Under the pieces are notes generated by a model that was not told where the DNA came from, did not search any database, and saw nothing but the letters and a program-made list of their open reading frames with translations. From positions 4,325 to 68,324 of the forward strand of contig CAYHCB010000005.1 of assembly GCA_964355275.1 (NCBI GenBank): 64,000 nt of DNA. Direction: 5' to 3'. Below are positions 18,791-28,219 of the stretch, piece after piece; the first letter of the stretch is position 1, and every line of letters begins with the position of its first letter. The DNA is from an uncultured Gammaproteobacteria bacterium (GTDB lineage Bacteria > Patescibacteriota > Patescibacteriia > Patescibacteriales > UBA12465). The position numbers and the translations under genes were made by a program.

Positions 18791-21517
18791 CTATTTCCCG
18801 TGGCATTTCTTAAACTTCTTGCCGCTACCACATGGGCATAATTCATTTCGTCCGACAGCTTGGCCATCAGCACCTTTCATTTTTTCATTAACTAAATCAA
18901 AAGTTTCACCATGAGGATTATCGGATGCCTCTTTTATTGCTCCGGCAAATTTTAAATTTTTAGGTTGCTCTTCCAGTTGCAAACTTCTAATTATTTCTGG
19001 GGCCATTTCAATAGCATCGCCAGTTTTATAAATTGAATAAACAACTTGCTGACGAATTAAATCATTAAGTTCTTGATACAATCTAAAGGATTCTTTTTTA
19101 TACTCAACTAAAGGATCTCTTTGGCCATAACCACGAAGACCAATACTAGAACGTAAATAATCCATCGTTTCTAAATGCTCAATCCATAATTGATCAATTG
19201 AACGAATCAAAATTCCTTTTTCGATTTCCGAAGATTCAATATTTAACTCTTTAAAAGCTAAAGCTAAAGCATCGTATTTACTTTTAGCTAAATCATTTAA
19301 ATAAGTAATCAAATCATGGCCAGGGTCATGAGCTATTGATTTGTTTGTTTCTTCAATTTTATTTTTTTCTTCAGTGTTTAAAGTAAATATTGTGCCAACG
19401 GTTTCAATAATTTCTTTGAGATTCCAATCACGAAGATCGCCTAAACAATTAAGTTCAACTACTCTTCCTATTTCCAGGCGAACATATTCTAAAATAATAT
19501 CCCCTAGAGTTTTATCTCCGTGGCTAGTAGGATCTTCAGCAATTTCTAAAATTTCACGACGACGTCGATAAATCGCCTCACGATGTTTATTAATAACATC
19601 ATCATATTCTACTAAATGTTTTCGCATATCAAAGTTGTTGCCTTCAACTTTTTTTTGAGCGGATTCAACTGACTTAGAAATAATTCCACTTTCAATTGGC
19701 ATGTCAGCGGGAACATTTAACATTTTCATAGTATTTTTCATCCGATCACCACCAAAAATTCTCATTAAATCATCATCAGTTGAAACATAAAAACGAGACG
19801 AACCAGGATCACCCTGACGACCAGCGCGACCGCGCAACTGATTATCAATACGTCGTGATTCATGTCGCTCGGTACCAATCACGTGAAGACCGCCGAGTTC
19901 ACAAATTTTAGCCTGCTCTGCTTTGGCTCTAATTATATCTTCCGGATTATTGTTATCTGGTGTACCACCAAGTAAAATATCAACTCCACGACCAGCCATA
20001 TTAGTGGCTAGTGTAATACCGCCTAAGCGACCAGCCTGAGAAATAATTTCTGCTTCTTTTTGATGGTTCTTAGCGTTTAACATTGCTGGATGCAAACCTT
20101 CTCGCTCCATCATATCAGCTAACACCTCATTCTTTTCGATAGAAATGGTACCAATTAAAATTGGCTGACCTAAAGCATGACGTTCTTTGACATCAGCAAT
20201 AACGGCATTAAACTTATCCTCTTCGGTCCGATAAATTAAATCGTTTAAATCTTTTCGGATATTAGGCCGATTAGTCGGGATAACAATTGTTTCTAACTTA
20301 TAAATTTTATGAAATTCTTCAGCTTCAGTAACAGCTGTTCCGGTCATACCGCATAACTTATCATACATACGAAATAAATTTTGAAAGGTAATAGTCGCCA
20401 TAGTCTGAGATTCTTTTTGAACTTTTACATTCTCTTTAGCTTCAATTGCTTGATGAAGACCCTCGCTATAACGACGACCAGGCATCATTCTTCCAGTAAA
20501 TTCATCAACAATAATAATTTCATCATCTTTAACAACGTAATCGCGATCACGTTTAAATAATACTCTAGCTTTTAAAGCTTGCTCAATGTGATGCACGTCT
20601 TTAATACCACCAGCGACATAAATATTCTCTACCCCTAACATTTTTTCCATTTTAGTCATGCCACCTTCAGATAAAGTAGCACTGCGTAATTTTTCATCAA
20701 CATTATAATCTTCATTCTCAACTAAACGCTGAACTAATTCAGAAAATTTGAAATATTTATCAGTTGATTCTTCGGCGGCGGAACTAATAATAAGCGGCGT
20801 TCTGGCTTCATCGATTAAAATTGAATCGATTTCATCAACAATGGCATAACGCAGAGTTCTCTGCACTGTTTGACTTAAAGTGCCCACCATATTATCGCGC
20901 AAGAAATCAAAACCAAATTCATTATTGGTACCATAAGTGATATCACAATAATAAGCTTCGCGACGAGAAATTCTTTTAAAATGTTTTAAGCGGTCGTCAT
21001 ATTGTTCGTCATCAGTATATTCTGGATCATAAGTATAAGCGGTGTCGTGAACAATAACACTCACCGATAAGCCTAGGGCATAATAAACTGGAGCCATCCA
21101 ACCAGCACCAATTCTGGCTAAATAATCATTAACGGTAATTAAATGAACACCTTTTTCTTCTAAAGCATTAAGATAAAGAGGTAAGGTGGCCACCAAGGTT
21201 TTACCTTCACCGGTTTTCATTTCAGCAATTTCACCGCGATGTAAAATAATGCCACCAACTAACTGAACATCATAATGACGTTTATCAAGCAGACGCTTGG
21301 AAACTTCTCTAACTACAGCATAAGCCTCTGGCAAAATTTCATCTAAAGTTTCACCTTTAGCCAGACGCTCTTTAAACAATACAGTTTTATTTTTTAAATC
21401 GGTGGCTGATAAATTAAGCAACGATTCCTCAAAACTATTAATTTGCGCAATTATAGGATTTAAGGTTTTAATGATTTTTTCATTAGGATCGCCTAAAAGT
21501 TTGTCTAGGAAATTCAT
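18791..21517 (-). CDS. secA: Preprotein translocase subunit SecA
   Basis: MKTGEGKT, DEIDSILIDEARTPLIIS, TNMAGRG and C-terminal SEC-C motif CPCGSGKKFKKCH. Confidence 0.99.
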   Translation of the reverse strand: MNFLDKLLGDPNEKIIKTLNPIIAQINSFEESLLNLSATDLKNKTVLFKERLAKGETLDEILPEAYAVVREVSKRLLDKRHYDVQLVGGIILHRGEIAEMKTGEGKTLVATLPLYLNALEEKGVHLITVNDYLARIGAGWMAPVYYALGLSVSVIVHDTAYTYDPEYTDDEQYDDRLKHFKRISRREAYYCDITYGTNNEFGFDFLRDNMVGTLSQTVQRTLRYAIVDEIDSILIDEARTPLIISSAAEESTDKYFKFSELVQRLVENEDYNVDEKLRSATLSEGGMTKMEKMLGVENIYVAGGIKDVHHIEQALKARVLFKRDRDYVVKDDEIIIVDEFTGRMMPGRRYSEGLHQAIEAKENVKVQKESQTMATITFQNLFRMYDKLCGMTGTAVTEAEEFHKIYKLETIVIPTNRPNIRKDLNDLIYRTEEDKFNAVIADVKERHALGQPILIGTISIEKNEVLADMMEREGLHPAMLNAKNHQKEAEIISQAGRLGGITLATNMAGRGVDILLGGTPDNNNPEDIIRAKAEQAKICELGGLHVIGTERHESRRIDNQLRGRAGRQGDPGSSRFYVSTDDDLMRIFGGDRMKNTMKMLNVPADMPIESGIISKSVESAQKKVEGNNFDMRKHLVEYDDVINKHREAIYRRRREILEIAEDPTSHGDKTLGDIILEYVRLEIGRVVELNCLGDLRDWNLKEIIETVGTIFTLNTEEKNKIEETNKSIAHDPGHDLITYLNDLAKSKYDALALAFKELNIESSEIEKGILIRSIDQLWIEHLETMDYLRSSIGLRGYGQRDPLVEYKKESFRLYQELNDLIRQQVVYSIYKTGDAIEMAPEIIRSLQLEEQPKNLKFAGAIKEASDNPHGETFDLVNEKMKGADGQAVGRNELCPCGSGKKFKKCHGK

Positions 21518-21654
21518 AGATTATTTGTAATTTTATAGATATTTAAGTTAAATATGGAAATTTTTACAGTATCAATAAAAAATTATACCGTAAATACGGT
21601 TTTTTTTCAACCTTTATTTTTTTTAACATTAATTTGAGTAAGATAGCGCTTTTT

Positions 21655-21707
21655 GCTATAATTATAAATAATTAATAATTAATAAAATCTTGCTACTTTT
21701 AGCAAGA
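21655..21707 (+). promoter_or_regulatory. Extended -10 promoter (TGcTATAAT) and 8-bp inverted repeat in the leader
   Basis: TGCTATAAT at 21655-21663; TCTTGCTA-cttt-TAGCAAGA at 21688-21707. Confidence 0.55.
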
Positions 21708-21721
21708 ATAACTAAAAAAAT

Positions 21722-22684
21722 ATGAAAAAAATTATTTCTTTAGTGTTGGTTTTTTTGTTCTTCTTCTCACTAGCGGCCATTATGCCCGTTTTAGCCGAAG
21801 ATGACAATAATGTTAATCCAGAACTAAGATCAGCGACTTCAACAGAATTTTCAAATGAAAGACCTAAAATAGAACCTCGAGGAAACATGGAGGGGGACAC
21901 TTCTAATTTAGAAAGAATCCCAGCCCCAGCTTATATTAAATATTTTGAAAAAATTAGAAAAGTAGGCCAAGATTTATTCGGAGTTAGAAAATCTGAATCC
22001 GAAGTTAATAAATTAAAAAAAGAAGATGGCGTAAAGAATGCGGACGGAACTAGCGCCTCAGGTACTAGTAGTTTAGAAAGAATCCCTTCCCCATCACAAA
22101 TTAATTTATTTGAAAAAATAAAAAAAGTTGGTCAAGATTTATTCGGAGTTAGAAAAACTGAAAAGTCAGAAGATAACAATAATGCTTCTAATAACAATAA
22201 TGCTTTCAGTTCAGATGCTAGGGGTAGTTTAGAAAAAATTGTTTCTTTAGACCAGGTTAAGTTTTACGACAAAATAACCAAAATCGGCGATGAATTATTT
22301 GGTTTAAGAAAAAAAGGTACTTATGTTTTACCAAGTATGTCGACTGAACTTATAGCATGTGTCTCAGCCGCTATTGACGCTAAAGACCTTAAATTAATTG
22401 AAGTATTAAATACAACAGCAACTGAAATTTCAACTGCCATTACCGCTCGTGGTACTTGTCAAAAAGCTGCTCTACTATTAACTGAGAAAAGACAAGACGC
22501 TCTGGGAAGTTGCAATAAAACTTTTCAAGAAGCTGCTAAGGTAGCTAGAGAAAAAGCTAAAAAAGCGCAAAATGAAATTTGGAAAGTTTACACTACCAGC
22601 TTAAAAGCTTGCTCAACTACTGCCAGCTCCTCTGAAATAATGATTGAAGATGGTAGCTTGGATTTAGGAGAAACTTTAAAGTAA
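21722..22684 (+). CDS. Secreted protein with three ~28-aa repeats and a four-Cys helical C-terminal domain
   Basis: Signal peptide ending VLA; repeats of LE(R/K)I....(Y/Q)...F(E/D)KI.K(V/I)G..LFG(V/L)RK. Confidence 0.85.
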   Translation: MKKIISLVLVFLFFFSLAAIMPVLAEDDNNVNPELRSATSTEFSNERPKIEPRGNMEGDTSNLERIPAPAYIKYFEKIRKVGQDLFGVRKSESEVNKLKKEDGVKNADGTSASGTSSLERIPSPSQINLFEKIKKVGQDLFGVRKTEKSEDNNNASNNNNAFSSDARGSLEKIVSLDQVKFYDKITKIGDELFGLRKKGTYVLPSMSTELIACVSAAIDAKDLKLIEVLNTTATEISTAITARGTCQKAALLLTEKRQDALGSCNKTFQEAAKVAREKAKKAQNEIWKVYTTSLKACSTTASSSEIMIEDGSLDLGETLK

Positions 22685-22705
22685 TAATAAGCCATATAGT
22701 CTAAT

Positions 22706-22736
22706 AAAAATCGGCTCTTACTAAGAGTCGATTTTT
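22706..22736. terminator. Bidirectional intrinsic terminator
   Basis: AAAAATCGGCTCTTA-c-TAAGAGTCGATTTTT between convergent genes. Confidence 0.85.
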
Positions 22737-22747
22737 TATTTAGCTAT

Positions 22748-23071
22748 TTATTTACCTCTTTTTTTGTCCCGAGTTTTCTCTTTATATTTTACGATAACGC
22801 CCTCTAAGTGATCCTTTACCTTATCAATGGCTTTATATAAATCTTCTTCGGTTTTTTCTACTCTTAGTAAATCATGAGGGACCTGGATATTAACTTCAAC
22901 GCGGAATACTTCACCTTTATTTTGACCACCAATAATTCTTTCTAACTCGACATCAAAGTTTATCACATCAATATTCCCTAAATATTTTTCCAGCATATCC
23001 ATTTTATCTTGGACATAGTTTTCGATCGCTGTTGTCATCTCAAATTTGGTTGCTTTTAAATTAATTTTCAT
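22748..23071 (-). CDS. raiA: Ribosome hibernation factor (RaiA/short HPF)
   Basis: MKINLKA...TTAIENYV...DLYKAID. Confidence 0.93.
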   Translation of the reverse strand: MKINLKATKFEMTTAIENYVQDKMDMLEKYLGNIDVINFDVELERIIGGQNKGEVFRVEVNIQVPHDLLRVEKTEEDLYKAIDKVKDHLEGVIVKYKEKTRDKKRGK

Positions 23072-23181
23072 AAGAGTTTAGCTTACAAATAGAAGAAGCC
23101 TTATTTCCTCTAACTACTTTAAGCATTTTTATTATCTCTAAATAACTAAATCTAACACCTAAATTATAGCATTTTTGCAAC

Positions 23182-23211
23182 AAAAAATCGAGGTGAAAAT
23201 TACCCCGATTC
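23182..23211 (-). terminator. Probable terminator after rseP
   Basis: AATCG.GGT...ACC.CGATT stem with an A-run. Confidence 0.5.
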
Positions 23212-23232
23212 TTAGCTTAAATAAATAATTAT

Positions 23233-24348
23233 TTAAAACATTCTAGCAATATCTTTATAGGTAACTAAAATAATTAAAGCGATCAAAATCATGAAACCAA
23301 GGTTATGAATAATAGCTTCGGTTTCCCGTTTAACTGCTTTGCCTTTAATTTTTTCGATTATCAAAAATAGAATGCGACCACCGTCTAAAGCGGGAAAAGG
23401 AAGAAAATTAATAACCGCTAAATTAAGTGATAAAATAGCTGTAAAATTAAGTAGATTAACTAAACCAAAACGAGCAACTTCACCGGTCATCTGAGCAATC
23501 CGAATAGGGCCGCCAACAGCATCACCAGCGCCAATACCCATAAACAAGTTACGGATTAAACCAAAGAAAGCAACAATAATAAGCCACAATAAAATGGCGG
23601 TATGTTTTAAGCCTTCCCAAATAGCTTGAAAAAATGGATAAGAAACAGTATCTAATTGATCAAGCCCAATACCAATAATCGCCTTACCTTCCTTAATCTC
23701 TGGCGTTATTTTAATAATTAAAGACTCGCCACCGCGCTTTATATTTAAAGCTAACTCATTACTGCCCTTAGCGCCAATATACTGTTGCACCTCTGGAACG
23801 TTGGCAAAAATTTGTTCATCGGCTCCTAAAACAACATCTCCACTTAACACTCCGGCTACTTGAGCTGGCGAACCTTTTAATACTTCGGTAATTTGAATTT
23901 TACCGCCCGTATCGACTGATTGCGGCGCACCAATCATAAAACACAAAGAGAATAAAACAAAGGCTAAAACAATATTCATAAACACACCGGCGGCTAAAAT
24001 AATAGCCCGCTTCCAAATTGGTTTAGCGCCAAAACTATCCTTTTCATCACGACTATCACCATTTTCTCCTTTAATTTTTACAAAACCGCCAATGGGTAAC
24101 CAATTAAGTGAATAAACAGTGTCAGCTGGAGTTTCATCACCAGTTAATTCTTCAATACTTTTATTGCCCAGTAATTTGCGCCATTTCCCCTTAATATCTT
24201 TATAAACACCCAAAGCTCGTGGCGGAAAACCTAAGCCAAATTCATCCGCCTTAACACCAAATTTACGGGCAGAGAAAAAATGTCCAAATTCGTGAACAAA
24301 CACTAAAACGGATAAAACCAAAACAAAAATTATTATTGTAGTAATCAT
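23233..24348 (-). CDS. rseP: RIP metalloprotease RseP (M50 with PDZ)
   Basis: HEFGH, PIGGFV, PDZ domain and NFLPFPALDGG. Confidence 0.96.
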   Translation of the reverse strand: MITTIIIFVLVLSVLVFVHEFGHFFSARKFGVKADEFGLGFPPRALGVYKDIKGKWRKLLGNKSIEELTGDETPADTVYSLNWLPIGGFVKIKGENGDSRDEKDSFGAKPIWKRAIILAAGVFMNIVLAFVLFSLCFMIGAPQSVDTGGKIQITEVLKGSPAQVAGVLSGDVVLGADEQIFANVPEVQQYIGAKGSNELALNIKRGGESLIIKITPEIKEGKAIIGIGLDQLDTVSYPFFQAIWEGLKHTAILLWLIIVAFFGLIRNLFMGIGAGDAVGGPIRIAQMTGEVARFGLVNLLNFTAILSLNLAVINFLPFPALDGGRILFLIIEKIKGKAVKRETEAIIHNLGFMILIALIILVTYKDIARMF

Positions 24349-24352
24349 TTTA

Positions 24353-24907
24353 TTATATTTCCATTATATCTTTTTCTTTTTTATCTCTTAAATCTTTAAG
24401 CTCATCGTTGCGCTTGGCAATATATTCGTCTAATTCTTTTTCATCTCTAAATCTTTCGTCTTCGGAAAGTTCTTTAGCGTCAAAAGCTTCTTCGATGCCA
24501 CTTTTAACGTCCTCACGAACTTGACGCATCGAAATTCTTGCTTTTTCTAAACGTTCATTTAATTTTTTAACCAGTTCACGGCGATTTTCCTCAGTCAGTG
24601 GCGGGATACTAAGTCTTATTTTATCCCCTTCATTAACGATACCTAAACCTAAGTTAGCTTCCACAATACCCTTCTCTACAGCTTTGGTCACTGACTTGTC
24701 CCAAGGCATAATAACAAAACTACGGGAATCAGATACAGTAATATTAGCCACCGCATTTAGTGGATTCATTACGCCGTAAGCTTCTACCTGCACACCATCT
24801 AGCATAATCGGATTAGCTCGACCGGTACGCAAACTAGAAATATCCCGTTTAAAGAAATCTACAACACTTACAAATTCTTCTTGATGTTCATCTAAAAAAT
24901 TACTCAT
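24353..24907 (-). CDS. frr: Ribosome recycling factor
   Basis: LRTGRA and IPPLTEENRRELVK. Confidence 0.97.
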   Translation of the reverse strand: MSNFLDEHQEEFVSVVDFFKRDISSLRTGRANPIMLDGVQVEAYGVMNPLNAVANITVSDSRSFVIMPWDKSVTKAVEKGIVEANLGLGIVNEGDKIRLSIPPLTEENRRELVKKLNERLEKARISMRQVREDVKSGIEEAFDAKELSEDERFRDEKELDEYIAKRNDELKDLRDKKEKDIMEI

Positions 24908-24913
24908 ATATTT

Positions 24914-26041
24914 TTAATTACCAATTTCATTAACTCCTAAATAAATATTGCTAGGGTTTTTATAATCAATTGTAATAAATAAAGCGCCACGACTAGTTGG
25001 CAACTTCTTATTAGACCAAGTTGCACCACCGTCAATTGATCTAAAAAAGGTTAAATTAGTGGCATAATAGATTTGTTTAGAATCTAATGGGTTAACCGCC
25101 ATGGTCCTTATGATACTGTCTTTTTCCGAAGGAAGCAAGTTTAACTTTTCCCAGGTTATGCCATGATCTGGCGACCTGGCAATCACGTGGTCCGTAGTCA
25201 AAAACATAGAACCATCGCTAGGAATAATTACAAAACCACGATAATTATCACCAATTTGTAAATCTTTTAAAACTATATTTAAATCGGTCCAATTATCAAC
25301 GGCAAAGTTAGCCTCAATATTAGCTGAGTTATTTGGGTTAGTATTAGTATTTGTTAAAAATGTATAAAGTTTAGCGGTTTTAGTTACCGCATAAACCTGA
25401 CGACTATCTTTTGGTGACAAAGCTAATTTAGCGATACCTGTATCTAATCGTTTTAGTACTCGCCAAGAAGCACCACTATCTATGCTCTTTAAGATATCCC
25501 CCTGAGAAGTGCCTAAATAAATATTGTCAGGATTATAAAAATCAATTACTAAAGCCGTAAAGACAGAAGTTGGATCTGAATCTAAATAAATCTGTTTCCA
25601 GGTCCGTGTACAATCAACCGAGCGATAAAGGCGATTACTAAAAGTGGCATAAATATCACATTTATTATCAGGATTAATGGCTAAACTATTAACGGTTACT
25701 TTAGGAAAAGTTTTTACCTCATTCCAACCAGTGGAAATATTATAGGAATAATATAAACCCTGATTATAGCTAGCTAAATAAACAGCCGCACTGTCGCTGG
25801 GATCGAGCACTAAGGATCGGACATTTAAACTGCTGATACTACCAGGCATGCCTGAAATTGAGGGCACTGAAGCTTGTTGCCGAAAACTAACACCACCATC
25901 TAAAGATAAAAAAACACCGCCTAAATCCGGACCCGCCGAAGTAGGATTAGAGGAATTAGAGTTCAGTGAAAGCGAACAAGCTGACAACACAAAACTAAGC
26001 CCGATAAGTAAAATTAAAAATCCAATTTTGCTACTTTTCAT
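24914..26041 (-). CDS. Lipoprotein with BNR/Asp-box beta-propeller (YCF48-like)
   Basis: Lipobox LSAC; repeated S-x-D-x-G-x-(S/T)-W Asp boxes. Confidence 0.85.
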   Translation of the reverse strand: MKSSKIGFLILLIGLSFVLSACSLSLNSNSSNPTSAGPDLGGVFLSLDGGVSFRQQASVPSISGMPGSISSLNVRSLVLDPSDSAAVYLASYNQGLYYSYNISTGWNEVKTFPKVTVNSLAINPDNKCDIYATFSNRLYRSVDCTRTWKQIYLDSDPTSVFTALVIDFYNPDNIYLGTSQGDILKSIDSGASWRVLKRLDTGIAKLALSPKDSRQVYAVTKTAKLYTFLTNTNTNPNNSANIEANFAVDNWTDLNIVLKDLQIGDNYRGFVIIPSDGSMFLTTDHVIARSPDHGITWEKLNLLPSEKDSIIRTMAVNPLDSKQIYYATNLTFFRSIDGGATWSNKKLPTSRGALFITIDYKNPSNIYLGVNEIGN

Positions 26042-26046
26042 ATAGT

Positions 26047-27063
26047 CTAAAGATTATAAATCACCTGCTCAAGAACGGTACTAGGGACAACATTGGCTGC
26101 CAAGTAACGCTTAAGCATATTTAATAATTCTAATATTTTACAATAATAACGCAAAGTTTCTTCATTATTTGCTAAAGAAAAAGTAGCATTTACCTCATTT
26201 AATTCTTTAGTAAGAGCGGTGTGCTGAACAAGTTCTGGACAATTCATGGAACTAAGAGTTAAGTCACGAACTACTCGCTGCCAAATTTCTAAAATATCTA
26301 AACTCTTATCAACTGTTAGAGATCCTTCGTCCTTAGTTAAAAAAATATTTAATTTTTTTAAACGCTCAGGAATACTAGATTTAAAGAAACTTAAAAAAAG
26401 TAAAGCAATTTCTAAGTGGCGCTGGTAGACCGCTTCATTTTCGGCAAATTTAACTGCTAACAATGGCCTGCCGGCCGCCAGTGACGCCATATCTTTAGCC
26501 TCACTCCGTTTTAAATCTAATTCTTTAGAGAGATAATCATAAACAATATCGTAAGGTACTGGATAAAAATATAAAACTTGAGAACGAGAAACAATTGTGG
26601 GGGTTAGTAAATCAACCGATGAAGCCAGAAGTATAATAATTACTTTGTCACGAGGTTCTTCTAAAGTTTTAAGTAAGGCGTTAGCGGCCTCATTACTTAA
26701 ATTTTCCGCGCCTTTAATGATTCCTATTTTATAAGAATTTAAAAAAGAACTAAGAGACAACATTTTAATAAAATCACGAACCGCTTCAATAGAAATATTT
26801 TTTTTGCCAGGTTCACGACTTAAAATATGTAAATCACTGTTTACGCTAGAAAAATCTCTCAGCTCTTTTACGTCAGACAGGATTAAATTACGAGCAAAAG
26901 CTAAAGCAATAGTACTTTTGCCCAAATCCTCGGGGCCGGCAAACACGTAAGTTTGGGCTAACTTTTGCAAGGTTAAACTCCGATCGAGAAATTCAATCAG
27001 ATTATCATTGCCGATTTGGGGCCACTCGAATTGTTTTTGGTAGGGCTTAACACTAACTGACAT
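26047..27063 (-). CDS. holB: DNA polymerase III subunit delta-prime
   Basis: GPEDLGKST, AANALLKTLEEP and TIVSRS. Confidence 0.9.
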   Translation of the reverse strand: MSVSVKPYQKQFEWPQIGNDNLIEFLDRSLTLQKLAQTYVFAGPEDLGKSTIALAFARNLILSDVKELRDFSSVNSDLHILSREPGKKNISIEAVRDFIKMLSLSSFLNSYKIGIIKGAENLSNEAANALLKTLEEPRDKVIIILLASSVDLLTPTIVSRSQVLYFYPVPYDIVYDYLSKELDLKRSEAKDMASLAAGRPLLAVKFAENEAVYQRHLEIALLFLSFFKSSIPERLKKLNIFLTKDEGSLTVDKSLDILEIWQRVVRDLTLSSMNCPELVQHTALTKELNEVNATFSLANNEETLRYYCKILELLNMLKRYLAANVVPSTVLEQVIYNL

Positions 27064-27112
27064 GTTTTTATTATATCATAGAGCGGATATAAGCCAAAGA
27101 ATGTCACTTATT

Positions 27113-27158
27113 ATTGTTGTAATTAGCTACATTATGTGTAGTAACTAATTACAACAAT
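27113..27158. repeat. Long intergenic inverted repeat
   Basis: ATTGTTGTAATTAG-CTACA-ttatg-TGTAG-taa-CTAATTACAACAAT. Confidence 0.85.
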
Positions 27159-27162
27159 GTCA

Positions 27163-28011
27163 TTATTTAGTTAATTTTTTCTTATTCTCTGGGTTTGTTA
27201 AAAAGTTTTCTTTATTTATAATTGGTCTTTTAAGTCTTTTTTCTAAAGCTTTTCTGGCATTTCCGGCGATATCTCCACCAGCTTGAGAATCAGATTTTAA
27301 TTTACTAAAACCTTTAGAATCTTCAACGCGGTGTATTTCGGTAGTCGCACGCTCGCCCAACATATTAAAAATTAGTTCTAAATCATCCATATGATCTCGT
27401 AAATTCTCTTTTTCTAAACCTTTAACTTTTTTATATTCCACTGGAGTTAAGCCAAAAGTAGCTTTAGATATTTCGGCTGTTAAAATCTCATAATCCGTTT
27501 TATCTTTAGCCCCTCTATTTTTCCACTCATCGGTTAATTCTTCACGAATAACAATTCCCCTCATTCTTTTTTCAATCCAAGAATCACTATAACCTTTTAG
27601 TTTGTAGAGCTCCCTAGTTCTCGTGGTGGCAAGTTCTGGATCTTCAATTTCTTGAACACGTTCATAGCCAACTTTAGCTAGCCAGCGCTTAAATGGCTCA
27701 GCTTTAGGCGACGGAATTGATTGGATGATGCGAAATATGCCTTCAGTGTTGGCGCAATCCGTTTCATATTTTTTTCCGTCAGAAGCAGTTAATTTCAGTT
27801 GGTGACAAATTGTCACCAACTCACTTCCTTCTTCTTTTAAACGTTGAGCGAGTTTATTCCAATATTTTCTGGCCGTAGTATTGTTTAGCTGATTAATTAA
27901 AACTTGCACTACGTCCACCACCGAAAACCACCACTCATTGTTTAATAGCACTCGTCTAATTTTTTGCCCATTAAACAAGGCCACTTTTTCAAGCTCATTT
28001 TGATTTTTCAT
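27163..28011 (-). CDS. BRO-N domain protein (antirepressor-like), paralog 2
   Basis: WWFSVVDVV, RIIQSIPSPKAEPFKRWLA and ENLRDHM; clearly homologous to 15194..16030. Confidence 0.88.
   Translation of the reverse strand: MKNQNELEKVALFNGQKIRRVLLNNEWWFSVVDVVQVLINQLNNTTARKYWNKLAQRLKEEGSELVTICHQLKLTASDGKKYETDCANTEGIFRIIQSIPSPKAEPFKRWLAKVGYERVQEIEDPELATTRTRELYKLKGYSDSWIEKRMRGIVIREELTDEWKNRGAKDKTDYEILTAEISKATFGLTPVEYKKVKGLEKENLRDHMDDLELIFNMLGERATTEIHRVEDSKGFSKLKSDSQAGGDIAGNARKALEKRLKRPIINKENFLTNPENKKKLTK
27797..27821. repeat. Perfect 12-1-12 palindrome inside BRO-N paralog 2
   Basis: AGTTGGTGACAA-a-TTGTCACCAACT. Confidence 0.95.
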
Positions 28012-28219
28012 AGGATGTATTTATTAATTATTATTCTTTAATCATAGCAAAAAGACTCCTAATCCAAGATTAAGAAAACATCAAAAAACTCTGAATAAGA
28101 ATCACTATTTTATCTATATTTTAGAGTCATTTTTGACAGAATAAAAAAATTGGGCCCTTAGACCCAATTATTAAAATTGATTTTTAAGACTTAAATTGAT
28201 ATAGTTTAGCTATAAATAT

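Noticed and set aside
21905-22315. DNA repeats such as CAAGATTTATTCGGAGTTAGAAAA as a CRISPR array or DGR template/variable pair
   Set aside because: They are in-frame protein repeats with irregular spacing; no cas or reverse transcriptase gene is in the window.
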